Below are positions 9,054-17,356 of a stretch of 32,000 bases of DNA, piece by piece (positions within the stretch are counted from its first letter, which is position 1; every line of letters begins with the position of its first letter). A program made the position numbers and the translations under genes. Source of the stretch: Candidatus Arthromitus sp. SFB-rat-Yit. GTDB taxonomy: Bacteria > Bacillota > Clostridia > Clostridiales > Clostridiaceae. The notes under the pieces were generated by a model, which worked only from the letters and a program-made list of their open reading frames with translations, was not told the DNA's origin and made no database searches. Location of the stretch: assembly GCF_000283555.1 (NCBI RefSeq), contig NC_016012.1, forward strand, positions 960,001 to 992,000, given 5' to 3'.

Positions 9054-9488
9054 ATGTTAGATTTTAAAGTTAAAAGTATAATAAAAGACTGCGTTCCAGT
9101 ATTAAGAGAACGTGGAGTTGAATTAACAGAAAATTTTTATGATTTAATGTTCACCAACAATCCAGAAGTTAGACCTCTTTTTGATGAAGATAGACAAAAA
9201 AGTGGTAAACAAGCTAAAGCCTTAGCTGCTTCGCTTCTTGCGGTTGCTCAAAATATCGATGACTTAGAAAAAATTCTTCCAACTGTTAAAAAAATTGGAG
9301 AATCTCATGTTAAAGCAAAAGTTTTACCTGAACACTACCCAATAGTTGGAAAAAATCTCTTATTAGCAATCAAAAAAACTTTAGGTGATGCTGCAACAGA
9401 TGATGTTATTAATGCATTTTCTGAAGTTTACACATATATTTCTAAAATATTTATAGACGTAGAAAAGGAACTTTATAATAATCTTTAA
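9054..9488 (+). CDS. Single-domain bacterial globin (Vgb / flavohemoglobin N-terminal-domain type); no reductase domain
   Basis: About 144 aa. VLRERGVELTENFYDLMFTNNPEVRPLF...QKSGKQAKALAASLLAVAQNID...IGESHVKAKVLPEHYPIVGKNLLLAIK follows the Hmp/Vgb globin pattern, with distal Q and proximal H contexts. AGGAGG lies at 9042-9047. The ORF stops after the globin fold. Confidence 0.8.
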   Translation: MLDFKVKSIIKDCVPVLRERGVELTENFYDLMFTNNPEVRPLFDEDRQKSGKQAKALAASLLAVAQNIDDLEKILPTVKKIGESHVKAKVLPEHYPIVGKNLLLAIKKTLGDAATDDVINAFSEVYTYISKIFIDVEKELYNNL

Positions 9489-9496
9489 CATAGTAA

Positions 9497-9546
9497 AGAG
9501 GAACAATTAATTATTTTTATTAATTGTTCCTCTTATCATTTTTTAG
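9497..9546 (+). terminator. Intrinsic terminator after the globin gene
   Basis: AAGAGGAACAATTAA (from 9497) pairs with TTAATTGTTCCTCTT (9520-9534), followed by ATCATTTTTT. Confidence 0.7.
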
Positions 9547-9642
9547 ACAATTAAAGTTGTATTGAATATCTTTTTGTTGTAAAATCCAAAATATAAATAA
9601 ACAATTACCTAATTTTTTTTAAATATAAGGGGGATACACATA

Positions 9643-10266
9643 ATGAATCAAAATAACAAAGAATTTATACAAGATCCTTGGGCAAGAGTAACTACAAGAA
9701 ATGGTCTTGCTGGGGATGAGGTTATATCTTCACTACAAAAATGTATAAGACGTGGACTTGTTGAGGAAGCTTGTAAATTTGCTTACGAAATGTATATAAC
9801 ATCACCCCAAATGGAGGATAAACTTTGGAGAAGACTCATCACTATAACTGTTGAAGATATTGGTATGGGTGACGTTAATGCTCCAATACTAATAAACAAC
9901 TTAAATGAAATGAGAAAAAATTATGCTTACGCTGATGGCGATAGACCAATATTTTTCATACACGCAATCAGATATCTATGTGAGTGCCAAAAAGATCGCT
10001 CAAGTGATTTACTTAAAAATATAATTATAAAGAATTTTGCTATGGGCTTTGTTCCTGAAATTCCAGATTTTGCTTTAGATAAGCACACTATAAGAGGAGC
10101 AAAAATGGGAAGAGATTCATTCCATTTCTTGAATGAAGCAAGTAAAGTAATTCCTCAACTCCCTATAAACAACGACTATAAAGAGCGTTACGAAGAAATA
10201 TTAAAAAAATATAATCCTAATGATGTTTGCGATTCAGCATTTAAATATAATCCTTGGCAGGAATAA
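9643..10266 (+). CDS. Standalone MgsA/RarA (WRNIP1) C-terminal-domain-like protein, with no AAA+ ATPase module
   Basis: 207 aa. VISSLQKCIRRG...LWRRLITITVEDIGMGDVNAP...IHAIRYLCECQKDRS parallels the E. coli RarA C-terminal region (ISAFHKSVRGS...ARRCLAIASEDVGNADP...AIVYLACAPKSN, from memory). RBS GGGGGA. Confidence 0.55.
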   Translation: MNQNNKEFIQDPWARVTTRNGLAGDEVISSLQKCIRRGLVEEACKFAYEMYITSPQMEDKLWRRLITITVEDIGMGDVNAPILINNLNEMRKNYAYADGDRPIFFIHAIRYLCECQKDRSSDLLKNIIIKNFAMGFVPEIPDFALDKHTIRGAKMGRDSFHFLNEASKVIPQLPINNDYKERYEEILKKYNPNDVCDSAFKYNPWQE

Positions 10267-10289
10267 TAAAACGAAAGGTTTAATGAGAA

Positions 10290-11585
10290 ATGAAATCGAA
10301 TTCAATATTTGAAAAACTAGATAAAACGTTATCACCAATAAGCACAAAAATAGCAAACCAACGTCATTTAAGAGCCGTTTCAACTGGTATGATGCTCACA
10401 CTACCTCTAATTGTAATAGGCTCCCTTTTTCTAATAATAGCAAACCCACCAATAAATCCAGATATAATTGATCCAAATACAACAAATATATTTTTAAAAT
10501 TTCTTCTTTCATGGAAATCGTTTGCAGTAGAAAATTATTCCTTAATCACTACTCCATATGATATGACAATGGGACTTTTAGGTGTTGCATCAGCATTTAC
10601 AATTTCATATGCTTTAGCTAATGAATATAAGATGAAAAGCATAATGTCAGGGCTTATATCAATGTGTGTATATTTTATGGTATCTGCAACTGTAATTGAA
10701 GGAAATATATCGACGGCATTTTTAGGGTCTGACGGGTTATTTGTTGCAATAATCATTGGTCTTTTATCAGTAGAAATAACTAGATTAATAGAAAAAAAGG
10801 GGTTTCAAATTAAAATGCCAGACAGTGTTCCCCCTGCTGTAACATCGTTTATAAATTCAATGTTTCCACTACTTGCAAACATCCTAATCATATATGGAAT
10901 AAACATAATAATAAAAGTTAACTTTAATATGTCAATTCCTCAAGCTATAATGTCTATATTGAATCCTGCTCTTTCTGTCGTAGATAATTTATGGGGATTT
11001 TTATTAATCATGACATTTGGAAATCTATTGTGGATTATAGGCGTTAATGGTACATCAATAATTTTCCCAATTGTATTTACTCTTGGGATAACTAACACTG
11101 GACTCAATGCTGATTTGCTTGCATCAGGTCAAACTCCAAATCTTTTAATGAACCTACAAATGTTTAGAATTACAGTTCTTGGTGGAGCTGGGAATACATT
11201 GGGACTTATAATTTTAATGATGTTTAGTAAATCTGTTCATTTAAAATCATTAGGTAAGCTATCGATTGTTCCAGGAATATGTGGAATCAATGAGCCTATA
11301 ATTTTTGGTGCTCCAATTGTATTTAATACAATGCTCGTTATACCATTTTTATTAACTCCAATAGTTACAGTAAGCATGACATATTTTGCACAAAAAATTG
11401 GATTAATAGGTCTTGGATATTTAGTTGATCCATCATTTACTCCATTCTTTGCTCAAGCTTACTTATCATCACTTGATTTTAGAAATGTTATATTTTCATT
11501 CTTTTTAGTTCTCGTAAGTCTTGTTATATACTATCCGTTCTTCAAAGTTTATGAAAAAAATACACTAATCAAAGAAACTAAATAA
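10290..11585 (+). CDS. PTS lactose/cellobiose-family EIIC permease
   Basis: 431-aa polytopic protein. The N-terminus ISTKIANQRHLRAVSTGMMLTLPLIVIGSLFLIIANPP is typical of CelB/ChbC-type IIC. It starts 23 nt after the preceding gene. No IIA or IIB gene is adjacent. Confidence 0.85.
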   Translation: MKSNSIFEKLDKTLSPISTKIANQRHLRAVSTGMMLTLPLIVIGSLFLIIANPPINPDIIDPNTTNIFLKFLLSWKSFAVENYSLITTPYDMTMGLLGVASAFTISYALANEYKMKSIMSGLISMCVYFMVSATVIEGNISTAFLGSDGLFVAIIIGLLSVEITRLIEKKGFQIKMPDSVPPAVTSFINSMFPLLANILIIYGINIIIKVNFNMSIPQAIMSILNPALSVVDNLWGFLLIMTFGNLLWIIGVNGTSIIFPIVFTLGITNTGLNADLLASGQTPNLLMNLQMFRITVLGGAGNTLGLIILMMFSKSVHLKSLGKLSIVPGICGINEPIIFGAPIVFNTMLVIPFLLTPIVTVSMTYFAQKIGLIGLGYLVDPSFTPFFAQAYLSSLDFRNVIFSFFLVLVSLVIYYPFFKVYEKNTLIKETK

Positions 11586-11593
11586 AAACAATT

Positions 11594-11630
11594 AAAAGGC
11601 ATATCAATCTTGATATGCCTTTTATCTTTT
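11594..11630 (+). terminator. Intrinsic terminator after the PTS IIC gene
   Basis: AAAAGGCATATCAA (11594-11607) / TTGATATGCCTTTT (11610-11623), followed by ATCTTTTT. Confidence 0.7.
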
Positions 11631-11739
11631 TAAATAATCTTGCAAATTTTTAGAGTATTTAAATCAAATATCGGGAATAATATTCATGTTTTATGTTCAA
11701 TAATTTTTTTCACATTGTAAATTACAAGGAGTGAGATGA

Positions 11740-13341
11740 ATGAAAGATATGGAAAACAACAATTTATTTCCAATTAGTTTGCTAATAGATCGAATAATTT
11801 CTAAATTTAATCCAACTAATTGCGAAAATTTATATATTATTTATTCGTTTATATTTGACGATAACGATCCTATATATTTAGAAGTTAAAGATGGTTTTTG
11901 TAAAATTTTAAATCATACTCCTTTACATATAAATACAACTATTAGAACAAGTCATAAAATTTGGCAAGAAATTTGTTTAAATAAAGCATCATTAAAAAAT
12001 GCACTAAAAGAAAACCTAATTAAATGTGATGGTGAAATTAAAAATTACATATTGCTATGCAACCTACTTGAAAAAGATTTACCTAATGACATAAAAAATT
12101 CCAATGCATTCTCTATCTCAAAAACTTCATCTAATGAAAACACTTCAAAAAATAAAGAGTTAACCCAAAATCAAAACACCATAACTAAAATCGAAACACC
12201 TTCAAACATAATAACCATAACAGAACCTAATCTTCCAGAAATTGAGGTAGATGAATCTACTATTTCAGATAACAAGACATCCATACTAATCAATACCGTA
12301 CCAAATGATAACATAAAAACAGAAGATAAGAATGCAAATAAAAAATCAATAAAACATCATAAAAAAAGGAAATTCAAGAAAAACATCTTTAGTAAAGATA
12401 AGAAACCTAAAAAGAATAAAACTCCCAAAATAAAATCAAACAACATAAAATATCTTTCAATAAGATCTCTATTAAATGTAATGGTAGCAAATTTTAACCA
12501 CGCTCTTGCAAACGACCTAAACATAACATACAAATTTATATTTGAAAATCCAAAACCAATTTATCTTGTAATTAAAAATAAAACTGCAAAATTACGCTAT
12601 CAATTAAATGACGAAATAAACACTACAATAATATCAAATTATAAAACTTGGTACAAAATAATTTTTAAAAATTTAAAAATCGAAACTGCACTATTGGACG
12701 AAAAAATTAAATGCATTGGGGAAACTAAAAATTTAGAGTTGTTAAACAAATTGTTTAAACATGTCGAAGAAAACAACGAACAAAAAATTACAACTTTAAA
12801 ACTTAATCCCATAATTTGGTTTGTTTTAGCTATAATACCCTGGTTATTTTACTGGACACTTTTACACATTTGTCAACCACTATTCACTTCAACTTTCGCT
12901 GTTTTATACACTACAATTTTTATAACAATCATAAAACCTAGACATTTTAAAAAAATCACAAAACTTGAAGCGTTAACATTAATTATTTTTCCATTTTACA
13001 ATCTATTTAATGTTTTAAATCCAATTGTATTTAACGATATTGTTTCATCATTTTTCCTCAACATAATATTAATTTTAACTCTTTTCATGAGTTCAGGATG
13101 CGAAAAATCAATTATGTCGGAATATTCCGAAATTTCTTATAATTCAGAAATTGCTAAAACAATTCTCTTCAAAAATATAAATAAAAATTTAACAATATTA
13201 TGGTCAATTTTATTTACAATTAGATTCATTTTATCATTAGTTTTAGACACACCTTTGCACACTATATCTTATATATTTATCGGATTTGGGATATTCATTT
13301 CATGGATATATTTGAAATTAAACCTAAATATCAAAGGCTGA
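11740..13341 (+). CDS. Hypothetical membrane protein: two SCP2-like (sterol-carrier-type) modules, a lysine-rich linker and a C-terminal polytopic region
   Basis: 533 aa with RBS AAGGAGTG. An internal duplication is visible (residues ~15-112 vs ~243-342: F.IF.N..PIYL..K, INTTI, K.W..I, AL.E.IKC.GE.KN). The KKSIKHHKKRKFKKN..KKPKKNKTPK linker is followed by hydrophobic segments from about residue 355 to the end. Confidence 0.6.
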   Translation: MKDMENNNLFPISLLIDRIISKFNPTNCENLYIIYSFIFDDNDPIYLEVKDGFCKILNHTPLHINTTIRTSHKIWQEICLNKASLKNALKENLIKCDGEIKNYILLCNLLEKDLPNDIKNSNAFSISKTSSNENTSKNKELTQNQNTITKIETPSNIITITEPNLPEIEVDESTISDNKTSILINTVPNDNIKTEDKNANKKSIKHHKKRKFKKNIFSKDKKPKKNKTPKIKSNNIKYLSIRSLLNVMVANFNHALANDLNITYKFIFENPKPIYLVIKNKTAKLRYQLNDEINTTIISNYKTWYKIIFKNLKIETALLDEKIKCIGETKNLELLNKLFKHVEENNEQKITTLKLNPIIWFVLAIIPWLFYWTLLHICQPLFTSTFAVLYTTIFITIIKPRHFKKITKLEALTLIIFPFYNLFNVLNPIVFNDIVSSFFLNIILILTLFMSSGCEKSIMSEYSEISYNSEIAKTILFKNINKNLTILWSILFTIRFILSLVLDTPLHTISYIFIGFGIFISWIYLKLNLNIKG

Positions 13342-13366
13342 ATATTTATATATTCAGCCTTTTGTT
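13334..13366 (+). terminator. Intrinsic terminator overlapping the stop codon of the 533-aa gene
   Basis: AAGGCTGAATAT (13334-13345) / ATATTCAGCCTT (13350-13361), followed by TTGTTT. Confidence 0.65.
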
Positions 13367-13390
13367 TACATTTAATTCATTTTTTTGATA

Positions 13391-13419
13391 TTGACTTAAC
13401 AATAAATTTTTTTTATACT
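13391..13419 (+). promoter_or_regulatory. Near-consensus sigma-A promoter facing a region with no convincing gene
   Basis: TTGACT (13391-13396), a 17-nt spacer, then TATACT (13414-13419). Confidence 0.4.
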
Positions 13420-13849
13420 ATATTTATGCAATCAAGTTATTGCATAAAAAATATTACAAAATATCACATAGTAATAGTTTTTTAAGAGTTGGTATTTTAT
13501 TTTATATAGAATTCATTTATAGTATGAATTCTTACATAGTAAATACTCTTTCTATACTTATATCTTTAATTTTAAATACTATAATTGGCATCTTAGTATT
13601 TGAGAATAAAAATATAAGTGTTCCTAATTAATACAATAGGTGATTTTAGCTTAGTATTTATTAATTTGAGTGTTAATTGTTTTGTAGCCTGATTAATATT
13701 CTTGCTTACGGTTTTACTAAGTTTCCCATTTACATATTTAAATAGGACAAGTTAGAGTGTAAGGCTTAATGCTTTATTCCTATTATTATAAATAAATTAT
13801 TAACTCAAAACCGATTGTAGAATAAAAAGTCAATACAATCAAAACAACT

Positions 13850-13876
13850 GGGTATAGGTTTTAAAAATCTATACCC
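13850..13876 (-). terminator. Intrinsic terminator of the spoIIA operon (may also work on the plus strand)
   Basis: GGGTATAG (13850-13857) / CTATACCC (13869-13876). It lies 16 nt after the sigF stop. On the minus strand it is followed by AGUUGUUUUG; on the plus strand by TACTCTATTTTTT. Confidence 0.55.
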
Positions 13877-13891
13877 TACTCTATTTTTTAA

Positions 13892-14653
13892 TCAGTAATC
13901 TTTTAAAATGCCTTTTAACTTTGCTAATATCTTTTTTTCAATACGAGAAACTTGAACTTGACTAATCCCAAGTACAGAAGCTACCTGTATTTGTGTCTTA
14001 TCTTTAAAATATCTAAGCATTATAATTTGCCTACTTTTCTCATCAAGTTTACTTATCATTTCTTTCAATACAAGTCTGTTTAAAATAATAGAATCATCAG
14101 ATGCCTTTTCTTCAATTTTATCAATCAAAAGAATCGGCGATCCATCATCTTGATGCACAGTATCATATAAATACTGTGTACTAGAACAAGAATCTATAGC
14201 TAAAATTATATCTTCAACACTCAACTTAGTGTATTCAGCCAATTCATAAACTGTTGGTTCTCTATTTAGCTCTTTTGTAAGCTCATCACGCTTAAACATT
14301 ATTTTTCTCGATATCCCTTTTACATTTCTGCTAATTTTAACGATACCATCATCTCTTAAAAACCTTTTTATTTCACCCAAGATCATAGGAACAGCATACG
14401 TAGAGAATTTAACATTATACTCACTATTAAAATTTTTAATAGCTTTAATAAGTCCAAGTGCCCCGACTTGGTAAATATCATCGTAGTCGTATCCTCTACC
14501 CAAAAATTTCTTACTTAGTGATGCAACTAATGGTAAATTAACCTCCAAGAGCAAATCTTCAGCTTTTTTATCTCCATTTCTTACTCTCTTTAAAAGTTCA
14601 TCATTTTCATAATGACGTAAAGCATTGCTGAAGACTGAATTTTCATATGCCAT
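13892..14653 (-). CDS. sigF: Sporulation sigma factor F (forespore-specific)
   Basis: 253-aa sigma-70-family protein with regions 2-4 (DYDDIYQVGALGLIKAIKNFN, STYAVPMILGEIKRFLRDDG, TQIQVASVLGISQVQVSRIEKK). It lies directly downstream of spoIIAA and spoIIAB. RBS GGTGAG. Confidence 0.9.
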   Translation of the reverse strand: MAYENSVFSNALRHYENDELLKRVRNGDKKAEDLLLEVNLPLVASLSKKFLGRGYDYDDIYQVGALGLIKAIKNFNSEYNVKFSTYAVPMILGEIKRFLRDDGIVKISRNVKGISRKIMFKRDELTKELNREPTVYELAEYTKLSVEDIILAIDSCSSTQYLYDTVHQDDGSPILLIDKIEEKASDDSIILNRLVLKEMISKLDEKSRQIIMLRYFKDKTQIQVASVLGISQVQVSRIEKKILAKLKGILKDY

Positions 14654-14665
14654 TATACACTCACC

Positions 14666-15118
14666 TTACTTTTTTATATACTTTACCATTTTAATATGAG
14701 TTCCCTTATCTCTGCTACTATCAACATATAATTCGTCCATAAAACTTTCCATCACTGAAAATCCCATGCCCGAACGTTCAAGATCAGGTCTTGATGTATA
14801 TAGAGGCTCTCTTGCCTGATCAATATTATCAATTCCACATCCATAGTCTATAATACTTATTGTAACTTTATATTTGTCATTGTCATTATTGTCTTCTTCA
14901 TTATCTTCAATACCAACATTAATAACTACATTAGTATTTTTATCTTCATTATAACCATGTATTATAGCGTTAGTAACAGCCTCTGACACTGCAGTTTTAA
15001 CATCGCTAATCTCTTCAAGTGTTGGGTCAAGTTGAGCAATAAATGCAGCGACAGCAACCCTAGCAAAACTTTCATTGCTAGACCTACTGCTTAAAGTTAA
15101 ACTCATACTATTTTGCAT
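14666..15118 (-). CDS. spoIIAB: Anti-sigma F factor, serine protein kinase (GHKL ATPase)
   Basis: [33 protein letters not shown] and ERSGMGF are SpoIIAB/HATPase_c motifs. The ATG at 15118 has AGGGGGA 5 nt upstream; the longer ORF to 15136 has no RBS. Confidence 0.9.
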   Translation of the reverse strand: MQNSMSLTLSSRSSNESFARVAVAAFIAQLDPTLEEISDVKTAVSEAVTNAIIHGYNEDKNTNVVINVGIEDNEEDNNDNDKYKVTISIIDYGCGIDNIDQAREPLYTSRPDLERSGMGFSVMESFMDELYVDSSRDKGTHIKMVKYIKK

Positions 15119-15128
15119 ACAAATCCCC

Positions 15129-15473
15129 CTAAGCATTATTCATAACCTCTGTTAAATCACTATGTATTTTTACAATTTTATTAATACCCGACAATTCAAT
15201 AACTTTTTTAATTGTTTGATTCAAATTAACTAAAAACACTTGTCCATTCTTAGCTGTTATCTTTTTATGTCTTCCAATTATTATTCCAATGCCTGAACTA
15301 TCCATAAACGAAACATTTTTAAAATCAAAAACTAAATTTTTAGAAGTGGAAGTATCTATGTAGTAATCTATTTTTATCCTTATATATTCAGCTGAATGAT
15401 GATCTAATTCTCCATTAAGATAAGCTACAATAGTATTATTTTGCTCTTCACAAAAAACTTCCAAAAAAAACAT
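15129..15473 (-). CDS. spoIIAA: Anti-sigma F factor antagonist (STAS domain)
   Basis: [14 protein letters not shown] and the phosphorylatable-Ser context [13 protein letters not shown] are present. The ATG at 15473 directly abuts AGAAAGG, so the TTG at 15464 (9 nt after that SD) may be the real start. Confidence 0.85.
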   Translation of the reverse strand: MFFLEVFCEEQNNTIVAYLNGELDHHSAEYIRIKIDYYIDTSTSKNLVFDFKNVSFMDSSGIGIIIGRHKKITAKNGQVFLVNLNQTIKKVIELSGINKIVKIHSDLTEVMNNA

Positions 15474-15619
15474 CCTTTCTAAAAAACGAATTTGGGATAT
15501 CTTGAATATGTAAAAATTTTACAATATTATAATAATAAATTCAATATAAAAATGTAAATATTTTCTATATTCTTATAAAAATTCAATATACCAAAATTTT
15601 TATATGCTAAAATCTTATA

Positions 15620-16282
15620 CTACTTTACTAATTGTATAATCTTGATATCATTATTTATCCTATAAACTAAATGATCACTATTTTTCATAACAAGACAAAT
15701 ATCTTCATCATCATAAAGTTTTTTGAAAAGCTTCAATTTATTTTCAACACTCAATAAAAATTTTTCATTTATTGTTTGTATTGGAACATCATTTTTATAT
15801 GTAACAGAATCATTCATCTTATTTAATATAAAGCTCAAAACACTATCCAAATCTTCATTCAATAAATACAAATAAATCTCCATAATACATGAAAGATCTA
15901 TCTCTTCTAAAAGATCTACAAGTTTTATATACAACTTAATATCAAAATTATTTTTAAATTTCATTCCAACTAATATTGAATCGATCTTGAATAAAATATT
16001 TTTAATATCTTTATTACTAAAAATTCCATCGCAAATATTTTTGATATGTTTAATATTAATTGGTTGACTTGTATAATGCACATTTAAATTTAATCTACTA
16101 ACATAACCTTCTATAATTCCAAAAATATTTTTATTAAAATTATTAAAAATCTTATAGAAAACATTCCGAATTTCGTTTAATATAGTCGCCTGGTCAAATG
16201 AGTCTTCTAAATCATTCAATAATTTTATAACATTATAACCATCACCAAATAGGAAAAAATATCTTTCACTACAATATTTCAT
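15620..16282 (-). CDS. Hypothetical protein
   Basis: 220-aa ORF with RBS GAGGAG about 10 nt upstream. It is Asn/Ile/Lys-rich with no TM segment or signal peptide, and I recognise no family. It lies directly upstream of the spoIIA operon on the same strand. Confidence 0.5.
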   Translation of the reverse strand: MKYCSERYFFLFGDGYNVIKLLNDLEDSFDQATILNEIRNVFYKIFNNFNKNIFGIIEGYVSRLNLNVHYTSQPINIKHIKNICDGIFSNKDIKNILFKIDSILVGMKFKNNFDIKLYIKLVDLLEEIDLSCIMEIYLYLLNEDLDSVLSFILNKMNDSVTYKNDVPIQTINEKFLLSVENKLKLFKKLYDDEDICLVMKNSDHLVYRINNDIKIIQLVK

Positions 16283-16370
16283 CTATTTTTTACTCCTCAT
16301 TATTACAAAATTGTTAACTATTTATTACTATTTTAACACATTGTTAACTTTTCACACAATATATTAAAAA

Positions 16371-16394
16371 CAAAAAAACCTCCATTAGGAGGTT
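16371..16394 (-). terminator. Intrinsic terminator of the SBP-M28 bicistron
   Basis: AACCTCC (16377-16383) / GGAGGTT (16388-16394) with loop ATTA. On the minus strand it is followed by a U7 tract (the A-run at 16372-16378) and overlaps the M28 stop. Confidence 0.6.
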
Positions 16395-17334
16395 AAATAC
16401 CATTTAATATAAACTCTTTGATCAAACTTACATAATTCGTTAAACGCTCTTTTATTCTCTTGTCAAAAAAATTCTCTAGAAAGTTCATATTATCCATTGG
16501 TGTGTGAATTATTCTTCCAAACATTTCGGTCTGTGTACGTCCGTCATTTTCCCCAGCGTTCCAATTTGTCGATTCAAAATATAAAACAGGTATTCCGCTT
16601 TCAAAAAAAGGGTAATAATCGCTTTTGGTATTCGTAAAACTTACATCTTCCCCATCTCTTAAATTAACTTTTATATCTATCTCCATATTTTGAGCAATCT
16701 CCATAAGCTTCTCCAGAAATAAATTATCTGTTTCTTCAATTTTTTCATCTTTATAAACATTATAGACATACATATTATCTCCAGATACTAATGTATCCAA
16801 GTTAATCATGTATTTTATTCTTTCCTTCTCCGAATCACTCAATGACTCTACATAATTATAAGATCCGTGAAGTCCACGCCCCAATAAATTTATCTCTTCC
16901 GCTCCAAAAAATATAAATTTTAAATCATACGGGGTATTGATATCTCGAAAAATTTTGCAAAGTTCTAAGAGTATAGAAATTCCTGAACCATTGTCATCAA
17001 ATGCATTTCCTTCGATACGTCCATCATAATGTGCTCCTAAAATTATAACTTTTGAAGAATCCATACCTTTTTTATTCACTTCGATATTTTCAGTTTCGTG
17101 TCCATCGACATCAAATTTATCTATATTGACCTTATAACCCAAATCTTTCAAAACATTTTTTATGTACTTTCTTGAATTTATTTCACTTTGTGTTAAGAAC
17201 ACTCTATTCCCTATCGATGAAAATTTTAATAAATGTTTGTATGCAATATCTCCATTTATAGCCATTACATTAAACGAATCAAAATTATAAATCAATATTA
17301 ATAGAACTACAACTATATGAATATATTTCTTCAA
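16393..17334 (-). CDS. Secreted M28-family zinc aminopeptidase
   Basis: ILGAHYDGR..GNAFDDNGSGISILLEL...FIFFGAEEINLLG carries M28 metal-ligand motifs. The ORF is open to an ATG at 17352, but a TTG at 17334 follows AGGGGTG plus 8 nt. That start gives a classical signal peptide (M)KKYIHIVVVLLILIYNFDSFNVMA. Confidence 0.8.
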   Translation of the reverse strand: MKKYIHIVVVLLILIYNFDSFNVMAINGDIAYKHLLKFSSIGNRVFLTQSEINSRKYIKNVLKDLGYKVNIDKFDVDGHETENIEVNKKGMDSSKVIILGAHYDGRIEGNAFDDNGSGISILLELCKIFRDINTPYDLKFIFFGAEEINLLGRGLHGSYNYVESLSDSEKERIKYMINLDTLVSGDNMYVYNVYKDEKIEETDNLFLEKLMEIAQNMEIDIKVNLRDGEDVSFTNTKSDYYPFFESGIPVLYFESTNWNAGENDGRTQTEMFGRIIHTPMDNMNFLENFFDKRIKERLTNYVSLIKEFILNGI

Positions 17335-17356
17335 TGCAATATCACCCCTCATAATA

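Noticed and set aside
10535-10756. A 73-aa minus-strand ORF inside the PTS IIC gene.
   Set aside because: It is antisense to a confidently called membrane permease. It has no RBS and no recognisable family.
13440-13631. The full 63-aa ORF as a protein-coding gene.
   Set aside because: It has a TTG start with no Shine-Dalgarno sequence, and its N-terminal half looks like random AT-rich translation. Only the internal 35-aa hydrophobic peptide is kept, as a speculative finding.
15474-15619. A canonical sigma-H promoter and Spo0A box upstream of spoIIAA.
   Set aside because: I found only partial matches: GAAT cores without an AGGA -35 at the correct spacing, and an ACGAA on the wrong strand. 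I could not call a promoter with confidence.
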